The notes under the pieces are model-generated. The model worked only from the letters and a program-made list of their open reading frames with translations, did no database searches and was not told where the DNA came from. 64,000 bases of DNA, taken from Bryobacterales bacterium (GTDB taxonomy: Bacteria; Acidobacteriota; Terriglobia; Bryobacterales; Bryobacteraceae). Positions 37,551 through 47,364 of the stretch are shown here, piece by piece (the stretch's first letter is position 1; the number at the start of each line of letters is the position of its first letter). The stretch is taken from assembly GCA_039812845.1 (NCBI GenBank), contig JBDIBK010000003.1:1054-65053 (forward strand). Direction: 5' to 3'. A program made the position numbers and the translations under genes.

Positions 37551-38678
37551 ATGAATATTCTGGTAGCGAATCTTGGCTCCACCTCGGTGAAGTATCAGCT
37601 TCTCGATATGCCATCCGAGACCGTGCTTGCCAAGGGAAAAATCGAGCGGGTTACAGATTATCGCACGGCCGTCGAGGAGGTGCGCAAACTGGATGCGCCC
37701 GTCGATGCCGTCGCGTTCAAAGCGGTACACGCCGGGCCGGACTATTGCGGCACCTACCTTGTGGACGATGGCGTTCTGCAGGCAATGGAGGAATACTGCT
37801 CCGTCGCGCCCCTGCACAACCGCATTTACCTCGATGGAATTCGTGCGTTCCAGGAATCAATGGCGGGGACGCCGCTGATCGCCGCGTTTGAAACGGAGTT
37901 TCACGCCAACCGCCCTGCCTGGGCCAAGCGCTATGGCATCCCCCAGGAATGGTGCGAGAAATATGGCATCCTGCGCTACGGCTTCCACGGAGCCTCGCAC
38001 GAGTGGGTCAGCGAGCGCAGCGCGGAATTGCTCGACCGGCCGAAGGCGGAATTGCGGGTGGTGAGCTGCCATCTGGGCGGCAGTTCTTCGGTCTGCGCCA
38101 TCCGGGGGGGCGTAAGCATCGATTGCTCCATGGGATTTTCTCCCCAGTCCGGCCTCGAAAATGCCACCCGCCACGGAGAGCTCGATCCGTTTGCCGTGTT
38201 CTATCTCCAGAAGAAACTGAACTTGACCACCGAAGAACTGGTTGCCCGCCTGCTCGAAGAAGGGGGGCTCGCGGGCCTCTCCGGCGTGGAAGGCGGAGAC
38301 ATTCGGGACATCGTGAAGGCGGCCGAACGCGGAGACCCGAAGGCGATGGAGACCTTCGATCTGTTCTGCTATTCGGTGAAAAAATACGTCGGCGCTTACG
38401 CGGCGGCGCTGGAAGGGCTGGATGCCATCGCCTTCACGGGCGGCATCGGCGAGAATGGCTTCCGCGTGCGGTCCATGGTCTGCCTCGGCCTGGCGTTTCT
38501 GGGTGTGGAACTCGACGAGGCCGTCAACGTCTCCCAGAGCGGAGACCGCATCATCTCCACGCCGGGGAGCAAGACCAAGGTCCTGGTGGTGGAAGCAAAC
38601 GAGGAGCGCATTGTGGCCCGGCGCGCCACCCGCGTGCTGCGGCGTCTGGAGAAACCGCCCGTCGCCATCCGGGCGTAG
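37551..38678 (+). CDS. ackA: Acetate kinase
   Basis: MNILVANLGSTSVKYQL, GFHGASHEW and FTGGIGEN motifs. The ATG at 37551 is preferred over 37533. Confidence 0.9.
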   Translation: MNILVANLGSTSVKYQLLDMPSETVLAKGKIERVTDYRTAVEEVRKLDAPVDAVAFKAVHAGPDYCGTYLVDDGVLQAMEEYCSVAPLHNRIYLDGIRAFQESMAGTPLIAAFETEFHANRPAWAKRYGIPQEWCEKYGILRYGFHGASHEWVSERSAELLDRPKAELRVVSCHLGGSSSVCAIRGGVSIDCSMGFSPQSGLENATRHGELDPFAVFYLQKKLNLTTEELVARLLEEGGLAGLSGVEGGDIRDIVKAAERGDPKAMETFDLFCYSVKKYVGAYAAALEGLDAIAFTGGIGENGFRVRSMVCLGLAFLGVELDEAVNVSQSGDRIISTPGSKTKVLVVEANEERIVARRATRVLRRLEKPPVAIRA

Positions 38679-38702
38679 GCGCGGGGCAACCCGGCAAGCC
38701 GC

Positions 38703-39164
38703 TTACTTCACGGGCGGGAACGGCACCAGCATGTCTTCTTTTCGCATGACGAGCGTGCTCGTGTTGTAGCTGGCCAGTTCGAAATCGTGCCCGTGCGTGA
38801 TCGCATCCGTCGGGCAGGCCTCCACGCAGTATCCGCAGAAGATGCAGCGGCTGTAATCGATGTTGTAGACGCTCGCGTAGCGTTCCCCGCCGCTGATCCG
38901 TTCCTGGTCTTTGTTCTCTTCGGCCTCAATGTAAATGCAATGCACGGGGCATGCGGCCGAGCACAGAAAACAGGCGACGCATTTTTCCATTCCGTTCGCG
39001 TCGCGCTGCAGCACATGCTTGCCGCGATAGCGCTCCTGGAGTTTCGCCGGGCCGTCCGGATAATCTTCCGTCACGGTGGGCGACATCATTTCCTTGAAAG
39101 TGACGCCCATCCCCTTGGCGATGGCGGACGCGCCTCCCAGAATGTCGGTGACCTTGTTACCCAT
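38703..39164 (-). CDS. nuoI: NuoI-like 2x[4Fe-4S] ferredoxin subunit (NADH-quinone oxidoreductase subunit I homologue), not in a nuo operon
   Basis: YRGKHVLQRDANGMEKCVACFLCSAACP and YSRCIFCGYCVEACPTDAI cluster motifs with NuoI-type spacing. No other nuo genes are in the window. Confidence 0.8.
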   Translation of the reverse strand: MGNKVTDILGGASAIAKGMGVTFKEMMSPTVTEDYPDGPAKLQERYRGKHVLQRDANGMEKCVACFLCSAACPVHCIYIEAEENKDQERISGGERYASVYNIDYSRCIFCGYCVEACPTDAITHGHDFELASYNTSTLVMRKEDMLVPFPPVK

Positions 39165-39215
39165 GGTTATCTCCTAGCTTAGCGAAACACAGCCGGCAAT
39201 GTGGCCGCATGGCGC

Positions 39216-40520
39216 TCAACCGGTCTCCTTCAGCAACTGCTGTGCGGCGATCAGCAGCGGATCCCACACCGCGGCGTAGGGCGGCGCGTAACAGAGATCC
39301 GCAAACTGAAACTCCTCCACGCACAGGCCCGCCGTGAGCGCGGTGGCCAGCACATTGATGCGGCCTTCCACGCCATCCGTTCCAACCAGCGCGCCACCGA
39401 GCAGCCTGCCGTTGTCGCGGTTGGCGATCAGCTTGACCTTCACCGATTCCCCACCGAAATATGAGGCGCGCGTGTGGGCCTCCACCGTGGCCGAGACCGG
39501 CCGAAAGCCCGCCTCCCGCGCCGCCGCTTCGGATAGGCCCGTCACGCCCACCGCAAGGCCGCACACGCGCAGGATCGAAGTGCCCAGCACGCCGGGGAAA
39601 CGCTCCCGCCGCCCGGCAACATTCGCGCCCGCAACGCGGCCCATCTTGTTCGCCGTCGTGCCCAGCGGAATCCAGGCGGGTGCGTGCAGAAGCAGGTGAT
39701 GCGTTTCCGCGCAATCGCCTGCCGCATAGATGCCGGGGATGCTGGTCTCGAGATATTCATTCACCGCGATGGCGCCGCTGCGCCCCAGGGCGATCCCGGC
39801 CGAGGCGGCAATTTCCGAATTGGGCCGAATCCCAGGGGCTAAGATCACGACATCCGCCGGGAATTCATTCACCGCGCCCTCGCGGATCTCCCGCACCGGC
39901 TGCCCAAGATGCAGCGCGACACCCGCCAGTTCGAGGCGCTCTCGAATCCGCTCCGCGAGCCACTCGTCCCGCCAGCCCAGGAAGTGGCTGGACCGGTCGA
40001 ACAGGCGCACTTCGAGGCCGCGGGCCAGCAGCGATTCCGCCATTTCCAGCCCCACGAAACCGGCGCCCACAATCGCCGCGCGCCGCGGCTTGCGCGCCTC
40101 AAGAAACGCCTCCAGGCGCTGCGCATCCTCCCACGTGTGGAACGGGAAGCAATGGGGCAGATGGTCGCCCACAATCGGAGGAGTGGCGGTTCGCGCACCG
40201 GTGGCGATCACCAGCCGGTCATAGGCCAGTTCTTCCCCGCCCTTCAGCAGCACCCGGCGGCGCGACGGAAGAATCTCTCCCACCCCGGTGTTCAGGCGCA
40301 CCCGGATATCCCGCTCGCGCTCGAAAAACGCGACCGGGCGCGCGATCAGCATGTTGGGGTCTTTGACCGTGCCGCCAATCCAATAAGGGAGTCCACAGGC
40401 ACCGTAGGAAACCACCGGGCCACGTTCAAGTACGGTGATCTTCAGTTCGCGGGAGATCCGTCGCGCCCGGGAGGCCGCGCTCATTCCGGCCGCCACGCCT
40501 CCGATCACCACAAGGTTCAT
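39216..40520 (-). CDS. FAD-dependent pyridine nucleotide-disulfide oxidoreductase (NADH oxidase / CoA-disulfide reductase family)
   Basis: MNLVVIGGVAAGMSAA FAD fold, SYGACGLPYWIGG redox-Cys region, and second Rossmann fold AAIVGAGFVGLEMAE. Confidence 0.8.
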   Translation of the reverse strand: MNLVVIGGVAAGMSAASRARRISRELKITVLERGPVVSYGACGLPYWIGGTVKDPNMLIARPVAFFERERDIRVRLNTGVGEILPSRRRVLLKGGEELAYDRLVIATGARTATPPIVGDHLPHCFPFHTWEDAQRLEAFLEARKPRRAAIVGAGFVGLEMAESLLARGLEVRLFDRSSHFLGWRDEWLAERIRERLELAGVALHLGQPVREIREGAVNEFPADVVILAPGIRPNSEIAASAGIALGRSGAIAVNEYLETSIPGIYAAGDCAETHHLLLHAPAWIPLGTTANKMGRVAGANVAGRRERFPGVLGTSILRVCGLAVGVTGLSEAAAREAGFRPVSATVEAHTRASYFGGESVKVKLIANRDNGRLLGGALVGTDGVEGRINVLATALTAGLCVEEFQFADLCYAPPYAAVWDPLLIAAQQLLKETG

Positions 40521-40523
40521 GCC

Positions 40524-40922
40524 CTAGACCTGATTCTGCCCGCGAAGGAATTCGAGAATATCGAACTTGCGGACTTCGCGCCCTGGGAAAAAGCTGTCCA
40601 CCGCGGCCTGCTCCTGGTCAAAGACCTCAAAGACGGTTTCGAGCTTCGTGAGCAGCATCAGTTCGATATTGCGCCGGGTAAGCCGCATCAGCTTGAGCGT
40701 GCCGCCGTTCTTCCGGAACGTGGAGAAGCAGTAAACCAGCGTTCCCAGGCCGGAGCTGTCGATGTAGTCCACGTCCGCGAGGTCGAGGATGAGCTTCTTC
40801 ACCCCTTCGTCGCTGAGCTTCTTGATGAGTTCCTTCAGCGACGCCGTGGCTTCGCCCACAATGAGCTTGCCGCTCAGGGCGACGATGGTGATTCCATCCG
40901 ATGTTCTTCGCTCAAAATGCAT
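40524..40922 (-). CDS. STAS-domain anti-sigma-factor antagonist (SpoIIAA-like)
   Basis: ITIVALSGKLIVGEA...LILDLADVDYIDSSGLGTLV contains the conserved phosphorylatable DSSG motif. Confidence 0.8.
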   Translation of the reverse strand: MHFERRTSDGITIVALSGKLIVGEATASLKELIKKLSDEGVKKLILDLADVDYIDSSGLGTLVYCFSTFRKNGGTLKLMRLTRRNIELMLLTKLETVFEVFDQEQAAVDSFFPGREVRKFDILEFLRGQNQV

Positions 40923-41068
40923 GACTGGGCATCCCGGACGGTCTTCTCGCGCCTCGGCACCGCGCGAGAGCCCTCATGCCAAGGATAGCGTACAGACCGG
41001 CCCGACGACCTTCCGCCCGGCGCGCAAACGGAGCCGCCGCTCCGAATCGGAATGCCTCCGCGGGCCGA

Positions 41069-41767
41069 TTATGCCCCGACCCTGGAAGGCTGCGCCGCTT
41101 CTTTTGGTTCGATCGTATAGCCGATGCCGCGCACGGTCTGGATCAGCCGGACGGGGTGAGAGTCGTCCACTTTGCTCCGCAGGTGCCGGATGTAAACGTC
41201 CACAATGTTGGTGAGGCCGTCGTAATCCCGTTCCCAGACATGCTGCACAATCTGCGTGCGGCTCAAATGGTGGTTCGCGTTCCGCATCAGGTATTCGAGG
41301 ATGTCGAATTCCTTTGGAGCCAGGTCAATCTGGCGCCCGCCCCGGCTCACCCGGCGGCGCACGCAATCGAGGATCAGGTCGGCCACCTGAAGCCGGTCCT
41401 GGTTCGGTTTGGACCTTCGCAGCACCGCGCGGATCCGGGCCTGCAGTTCGATCAGGGCGAAGGGCTTCACCATGTAGTCGTCGGCCCCCAGTTCCAGGCC
41501 GCGCACCCGTTCTTCCACCGCGGCGCGCCCGCTCAGCACAATCACGGGAATGTCACCCTTGCGATTGCGGACCTTCTCGAGAAGCCGGAGCCCGTCAATA
41601 TCCGGCAGGGTCAATTCCAGGATGAGGAGGTCGAATTGGTCCGCCGCCAGTTTGGCAAGCGCTTCTTCCCCTGTGCCAACGCACTCCACCTGGTAGCCGA
41701 CGCCGGCCAGAGAGTGGGCAAGAAATTCGGAGATCCCCTTCTCGCCATCAACGATGAGAAGCCTCAT
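41069..41767 (-). CDS. OmpR/PhoB-family response regulator
   Basis: Start at MRLLIVDGEK. Receiver (DLLILELTLPDIDG, K in MVKPF) plus winged-helix output (LAPKEFDILEYLM...VRGIGY). Confidence 0.85.
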   Translation of the reverse strand: MRLLIVDGEKGISEFLAHSLAGVGYQVECVGTGEEALAKLAADQFDLLILELTLPDIDGLRLLEKVRNRKGDIPVIVLSGRAAVEERVRGLELGADDYMVKPFALIELQARIRAVLRRSKPNQDRLQVADLILDCVRRRVSRGGRQIDLAPKEFDILEYLMRNANHHLSRTQIVQHVWERDYDGLTNIVDVYIRHLRSKVDDSHPVRLIQTVRGIGYTIEPKEAAQPSRVGA

Positions 41768-41996
41768 GGTGAGACTGCTGCCTTTCCAGGTGCGGCCGCA
41801 TTGAACACGCCGGCCCATACCTGAGCGATTTAGACGACCATTGTGAAGGAAAAGTTACCCGCCGCACCACAACAAAGCAATGTTTGCGATCAAGCGACGA
41901 TAGTGGCATAGCATCGATTGCGACAGCCCAACAATCCCAGCCTAATTAGAGAACGGAATCACCAGGACGTTGCATAAACGTGGAGCTCCGTTCCCG

Positions 41997-43166
41997 CTAG
42001 CTCTCCGCCTCGGTCTCCGGAATGGGCGACCGTCCCGGCAGACGCAGCGTGCCCACCCAAGCCCAGACTTCCCGACGCCTTCGCCAAGCCAATGCCAAAC
42101 CCACCATGGCCGCAACCAGCCCCAGGCTGAAAACCGCAGTTTCGGTTACCGACAACTGCTCTTTCCAGAACCAAAGCCAGCGCCCATACACGATCTCCAG
42201 GTGAACCCAGTAAACAAGCAGCGAAGACGTGCCCATCAGCGTCACGAAACTAAAGTTACGCGACGGCAGGCAATTGAGCCAAAGATAGGCAAAGCAAATT
42301 ACAAGCAGTATAACGCCAATCTTAATAAATACCAATGATGGACTGTTTAGCCAGAAATCCGAGGCGCGGTAGACGGAATAGGGAAGCGATGCGATGTAAC
42401 TCGCGCCGAGAATCATCGTGAGGCCGGCGAGGCAGGTCCACTGCATGAAGCGGTCCAGTTCCGCTTTGGGAGAAAGCCGCAGCATGCTGCCGAATGCCAC
42501 GCCAAAGGCCGTGAACGCCGCCCAGGGGAAGAGACCGAAGATCTCCGTGCTCGGTGCCAGATAAGCCCGCAGCAGCGGGTGGGATCCGTCCCATGGCAGG
42601 CCGGAGACCACAGGGGCCAGCAGGGAAATCGCCGCGCCGATCAGCAGCGAAACCTTGATTCGTTCGGCGGTGGTGAAGAAGGCGGTAAAGGCCATCAGCG
42701 CCAGCGAAATTCCCATGCAGTTCAGCACGTCCACTTTCAGAATGTCGTCCGGGCGCGCCCATGGCCAGGCGAACAGAAAGGCTTGCAGGCGGACGCCCAG
42801 GGCCAGCAGCATCAAGTATCCGGCGCGGCGAAGTCCGGCGGCCAGACGCCCCATGCCATCCATGCCGCGGCGCTCCCGGCTGTCCAGCAAAAACGACAGG
42901 GTGACGCCGGTCAGAAACAGGAAAATCGCTGCCGGTATCCCGCCAACGAACTGGGAGAGCGTATAGACGTCGCCCTTGCGGTCTTCGGGGTTCAGCAGGG
43001 AATGAAAACTGTGCCCCTGCAGCATGATCAGGGCTGCAACGCCGCGGGTCCAGTCGATAAAGGTGAGGCGGCCTTCCGTGCTTGCTTTCGCTTGCTGGCC
43101 GCCGGAAGAGGGGAGCGCGGACGGTGCATCCGCAACGCCGCTGGTGGTTTGAATGTTGGTAGGCAA
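41997..43166 (-). CDS. DUF1624 / heparan-alpha-glucosaminide N-acetyltransferase-like polytopic membrane acyltransferase
   Basis: RLTFIDWTRGVAALIMLQGHSFH N-terminal motif. About 10 TM segments. Confidence 0.65.
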   Translation of the reverse strand: MPTNIQTTSGVADAPSALPSSGGQQAKASTEGRLTFIDWTRGVAALIMLQGHSFHSLLNPEDRKGDVYTLSQFVGGIPAAIFLFLTGVTLSFLLDSRERRGMDGMGRLAAGLRRAGYLMLLALGVRLQAFLFAWPWARPDDILKVDVLNCMGISLALMAFTAFFTTAERIKVSLLIGAAISLLAPVVSGLPWDGSHPLLRAYLAPSTEIFGLFPWAAFTAFGVAFGSMLRLSPKAELDRFMQWTCLAGLTMILGASYIASLPYSVYRASDFWLNSPSLVFIKIGVILLVICFAYLWLNCLPSRNFSFVTLMGTSSLLVYWVHLEIVYGRWLWFWKEQLSVTETAVFSLGLVAAMVGLALAWRRRREVWAWVGTLRLPGRSPIPETEAES

Positions 43167-43169
43167 CGC

Positions 43170-43859
43170 TTACTTTTGCGGGTACTCCCGCTTCACTCCT
43201 GGAGGGAGGTCAAGTTTTAGATCCGCGGGCGTCAGGCCCGGATTCACCTTACTATTGCGGTAGGTGACTTCCATATAGTCGTCGGAAGGCTCCACGAACT
43301 TTTGCCGGACCGGATAGGCTTGCCCATCGGGGATCCACATTTCGACGCTCTTTAACGATTCTCGCACTTTTGCCGACTTTGGTGTAAGCACGATCTTCGT
43401 CGTGTCAATACCATGGATCTTTTCCTGGCCGGCGACCTTCACGTTATACGCTTTCGCAATATCTTTTCCGCTGCTCCCAAAGCCCAGCAGCAGAAATTGG
43501 TCGATCAGTCCCCGGTTCTTGCCCACATCGAAAATCTGAACGGTATTGATCTTGGGATAGAAAATCTCCACCTCGTCGCCCTGAAAGGAGACGGCACGCT
43601 CATTCGGCTTCGTGATCAGGATGCGCGCCCGCATGTCCTTGCCGGAGCGCAGGATTGCCATGGATCCGCTCTCTTCGGAACGGTCGTCCAGAATCGCGGT
43701 ATATTTCACCCGAACGATATCGGCGCGCAGGCTCTTAAACGTGGCCGCGGCCGCATCCAGCCGGGAGAGAATTTCCTTTTCCGTGGCGGCATGCGCCGGC
43801 TGGGAAACGGCAACGCCGAGGCTGGCAAGCGCGAGCAGGGTCAGTATCCAATTGCGCAT
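43170..43859 (-). CDS. LolA-like outer-membrane lipoprotein carrier family protein
   Basis: Start at MRNWILTLLALASLGVAVSQPAHA (signal). LDAAAATFKSLRADIVRVKYTAILDDRSEESGSMAI resembles the LolA family N-terminus. Confidence 0.6.
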   Translation of the reverse strand: MRNWILTLLALASLGVAVSQPAHAATEKEILSRLDAAAATFKSLRADIVRVKYTAILDDRSEESGSMAILRSGKDMRARILITKPNERAVSFQGDEVEIFYPKINTVQIFDVGKNRGLIDQFLLLGFGSSGKDIAKAYNVKVAGQEKIHGIDTTKIVLTPKSAKVRESLKSVEMWIPDGQAYPVRQKFVEPSDDYMEVTYRNSKVNPGLTPADLKLDLPPGVKREYPQK

Positions 43860-43904
43860 CGGTTTAGTCCCTCCGAATGGGTTTGTCAAAAGGCTGGCCG
43901 CGGA

Positions 43905-43942
43905 GTCCGCGCTAGGGTGCGGTGTCCGCGCTAGGGTGCGGT
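43905..43942. repeat. Perfect 19-bp tandem duplication
   Basis: GTCCGCGCTAGGGTGCGGT occurs at 43905-43923 and again at 43924-43942. The second copy contains the stop codon of the 43931..44371 ORF. Confidence 0.95.
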
Positions 43943-44263
43943 GATCGCAACATAGCCATGAACGGCGCCGTCGCCCGAATTCATGGCGTCGATTCGAACC
44001 ACATGCCGTGCGCGCCCGGTACGGTCGCTGAGGATAGAGGACACGCGCTCCGTGCGCTGCTGCGGGGGAATCGCCTCCACCAGACTGCCCTCCAGCCAGT
44101 AACGCTCACCGGCGTCCGACGGAGGCAGCATCACGATATTGTCCTTCGACTTGTCCAGCGTCGGCTGGTCCCGAAAGACGTAGGCGGGAGTGAGGAAGAT
44201 AAATGCCAGAATCGCGCCTACCTTGATATCGTAGGCGACGCTGCCCCTGGGGAAATCCCACAT
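43931..44263 (-). CDS. Hypothetical small membrane-anchored protein
   Basis: Start placed at MWDFPRGSVAYDIKVGAILAFIFLTPAYVF (single TM). No family recognised. Confidence 0.4.
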   Translation of the reverse strand: MWDFPRGSVAYDIKVGAILAFIFLTPAYVFRDQPTLDKSKDNIVMLPPSDAGERYWLEGSLVEAIPPQQRTERVSSILSDRTGRARHVVRIDAMNSGDGAVHGYVAITAP

Positions 44264-44526
44264 GAACAGGCGCTTCCATCCGGAGACACGACTTTCGTTC
44301 ACAGCTACCACGATATCATGCCCCCTTCCCCGCCCAAGCCCGCCAACGCCGCCCGTGAAGGCCATTCGCAAGGGCCACGCGCCAAGGCCACTGCGTTGAG
44401 GCCGGACAGTCGTAGGACGGTATGGCGTCTGGCAAGGTTTCCCCTACGCGCCCGGCCACATCTTGCAGCACCGTGGCTCACAGTGGCCCGCCTGAAAGGC
44501 GGGGGGATGCGGCCCGGCGGATGGAA

Positions 44527-46557
44527 CTAAAACTGGGTGCTCTCGATGAGGCCGTCCAGTTCCTGCTGCAAGGTGAGCCCGTTCTCCCGCAACCGCTCCA
44601 TCTCCGCTTCCCTTCCCGCGGCGTCCGTCTGCAGGACGCCCAGTTCCGCGGCGAGTTTCTGCACCTGAGCCTGTTGCCCGGCGATATTATTGAGGCTCCC
44701 CATGTTCCGGCGCACGCGCTCCATCTGGTTGTTGAGGCTGTTCACGCGGGCCTGCACGCTGCTCATCTGCCGCGCGTTCTCCGCGATCTGCCGCTTCTTC
44801 GCGACAATCCGCTCCAATGCCTGCCGCGCTGCCGCCGGGAGCGCCTGATTGCGGACGTACACCCCCAACTGGTCCTCATTGAGATTCGTCACCTGCTGCG
44901 ATTCATAGAACGGGAATTCTTCCACGATTTCGAAGGAAGCGGCGCCGCTCGCGGGCAACTGCACCCGGAAGCGATTGGCCGTCGATGTCTTTTCGCTCAC
45001 CGCCGGCGTCACCGTCTCGTAGTTCGGGCGGATCAGGCGCTCAATCACCAGCGTTTTCGCGCGCGCATCGGCATTCGAGAGGGTGTACTTGATGGCGGTT
45101 CTTTGCTTCGACTTCACCGAGAGAATCCCGCGCTGCATCGAGATCTCCTGCACCGTGCGCGTGCCGCTCGACGGCTCCGTGCGCAGCGACGTGCCCAGGT
45201 CGATCCCGTAGCTCATCAGCCGCTTCTCGCCCTCTTTCGTGGTTTCAAACAGCGCCTCTCCGGCATACTCGCCCCCGTCGAAAACCGTGACCGGTCCCCC
45301 GTCCAGCGTCAGGCCCGAATCGTTGGTCATCTCGAAGGCGAGCATGGGGTGGTTGCTGACGGGCTGGCGTTCCGTAAAAATCAGCAGGCGCTGCGCCGAA
45401 ACGGGCTTTTGAAGAAACGGCAGCATCACGGATTCGCCCTTGCGGACGTTCACATGGCCGGGGAAGTGGTACGCAAACAGCGCGCCCGCCTCGATGCCGG
45501 CAGCCACGGAGGCAAGCCCGCTTGGCCGCGCCTCCAGCCTCTGGGCGGAATCGGCCGCCATGTCCTGTCTCTCAAATCTGGCACTCGACGCACCGGCCGC
45601 CAACGCCTTCTCCATCGCCGGAGCGGGCGCGGCCATGGGAGCCATCGCGGCCTGCACGCGCATCTCGCTTTCATACGTCACCGGAGCCGTGCTGCCGATA
45701 CCCGGCAGGGGCACAAACGGCCGCTCCACGTTGACGGGCGGATAAATGTTCGTCAGGAAGGATACCGGCTTGCCGGAAATCAGAGAGAGGTTGACGCCGT
45801 TCCAGTCTTCGCCGGAGGTATTGTCCACCACCGCCCACCCTTCAAGTGTTGGTTTACCTTCTTTTCCGAAGATCATGCGGTAACTGGATTTCCATACCGG
45901 CATGGGAGTCATGTAGCGGGCTGAGAGCTGCGTATTTCCGCTCCGGACCACATCAATCGAAACGCTGCGCCGGTTCTGGTTGCGTGCTTCCGCGACGATG
46001 CGCAGGTAGTCCGTCACCTGCTGCTGCAGCTTCGCGTTCGCGAATCGCAGCCGACCCAGCGATGCAATTTCGTAGCTGTTCATCGCGCCGCCGTCTTCGA
46101 GCAGCGTTACGTACTCTCTCGCGGGAGTCTGGTTCGTCGCGGGAACCGTCTGGGCGGAGAGAATCGCGCCCCGCACGTTCTCCGCTCCGCGCACGGCCTC
46201 AATCCGCTCTCCCCGCAGTGCATCCAGAAGCGAAGCCATGTTCTCTCCGGGATTGATGCGAAATGGAAACGACTTGAGCTTCTGTTCGAGGCTTTCGTCC
46301 GTGGAAAACCGCACCCGCTCCACGCTCCCATTCGTCGCGCTGACGCTGAGGGACTTGAGCACATCCGTCATCTCATCGGCACCAAAAGTGAGCGAGACGG
46401 GGCCGGACGCGCTTACCTCGCCGCCCCTCTCCACATAGCCCACTCCGTTCTTATAAAGAACCACCCGCTTCACCGGAAGTTCCTGCGCGCACACCCCGAC
46501 GGACACGGCGAACAGAGCGGCGGCAATGCCTGGGATCGCACAATACAGTCGTTTCAT
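44527..46557 (-). CDS. Secreted DUF4139-like protein with C-terminal coiled coil
   Basis: Signal peptide MKRLYCAIPGIAAALFAVSVGVCAQ. N-terminus VVLYKNGVGYVERGGEV is typical of DUF4139/DUF4140 proteins. C-terminal heptad-rich region. Confidence 0.55.
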   Translation of the reverse strand: MKRLYCAIPGIAAALFAVSVGVCAQELPVKRVVLYKNGVGYVERGGEVSASGPVSLTFGADEMTDVLKSLSVSATNGSVERVRFSTDESLEQKLKSFPFRINPGENMASLLDALRGERIEAVRGAENVRGAILSAQTVPATNQTPAREYVTLLEDGGAMNSYEIASLGRLRFANAKLQQQVTDYLRIVAEARNQNRRSVSIDVVRSGNTQLSARYMTPMPVWKSSYRMIFGKEGKPTLEGWAVVDNTSGEDWNGVNLSLISGKPVSFLTNIYPPVNVERPFVPLPGIGSTAPVTYESEMRVQAAMAPMAAPAPAMEKALAAGASSARFERQDMAADSAQRLEARPSGLASVAAGIEAGALFAYHFPGHVNVRKGESVMLPFLQKPVSAQRLLIFTERQPVSNHPMLAFEMTNDSGLTLDGGPVTVFDGGEYAGEALFETTKEGEKRLMSYGIDLGTSLRTEPSSGTRTVQEISMQRGILSVKSKQRTAIKYTLSNADARAKTLVIERLIRPNYETVTPAVSEKTSTANRFRVQLPASGAASFEIVEEFPFYESQQVTNLNEDQLGVYVRNQALPAAARQALERIVAKKRQIAENARQMSSVQARVNSLNNQMERVRRNMGSLNNIAGQQAQVQKLAAELGVLQTDAAGREAEMERLRENGLTLQQELDGLIESTQF

Positions 46558-46675
46558 AAATGGTTATCTCTTCTTACGAGGTGGAAGCGCGCGCGGTTTC
46601 CGCAAGCCGGCGGAAAGCTCCGGCCCGGCCGCATGCGGAATACAGTCCCCTCACTCGATTATGGCGGAACTCCCG

Positions 46676-47089
46676 CTATTCCCCCATCACTTTAATCAAG
46701 ACGCGTTTAGGGCGCCGTCCGTCGAATTCGGCGTAATACACCTGCTGCCAGGGTCCCAGATCCAGCTTCCCGTCCGTGACCGGCACGATTACCTGATGAT
46801 GCACGATCATGCTCTTGAGGTGAGCGTCCCCGTTGGTTTCTCCCGTGCGGTGATGCCGGTAATTTTCCCGGAACGGAGCCAGTTGCTCCAGCCATTCGTC
46901 AATGTCCGAGATGAGCCCATCCTCGGCGTCATTCACATACACCCCAGCCGTGATGTGCATGGCGGAAACCAAAATCATGCCCTCGGTGATGCCGCTCTTG
47001 CCCAGCGCGGCGTTCACTTCGCCCGTGATGTTGATATAGTCGCGCTTCGATTTCGTATGAAACGTATGGTATTCGGTATGAAACTTCAT
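46676..47089 (-). CDS. yjbQ: YjbQ/UPF0047-family protein (secondary thiamine-phosphate synthase)
   Basis: Start at [21 protein letters not shown]...[17 protein letters not shown]...[19 protein letters not shown]...[14 protein letters not shown]. Confidence 0.8.
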   Translation of the reverse strand: MKFHTEYHTFHTKSKRDYINITGEVNAALGKSGITEGMILVSAMHITAGVYVNDAEDGLISDIDEWLEQLAPFRENYRHHRTGETNGDAHLKSMIVHHQVIVPVTDGKLDLGPWQQVYYAEFDGRRPKRVLIKVMGE

Positions 47090-47364
47090 ATCCGGGGATG
47101 ATATCAGCCGGCACGGGCGGAAGCGGCCATTTGGCGTCAACGCCCGCCGGAGCATCTGTTTCCGGCGGGCCATGTTACTCAAGATAAACGGAATGGATCT
47201 TGACAGCGTTCCTGGCCTTCGTCAGACTCGAAATGTCCGGGTTTGGCGTCCGCACAGCGTTTCCAGGCGATGCGCCATGGCGGCGACAGATCCGGCGGCA
47301 GCTATTGTCTTCGGACAAATGGGATTCATTCCGTTTGCATCCTTGCATGCTTTGGGGGTAGAAA

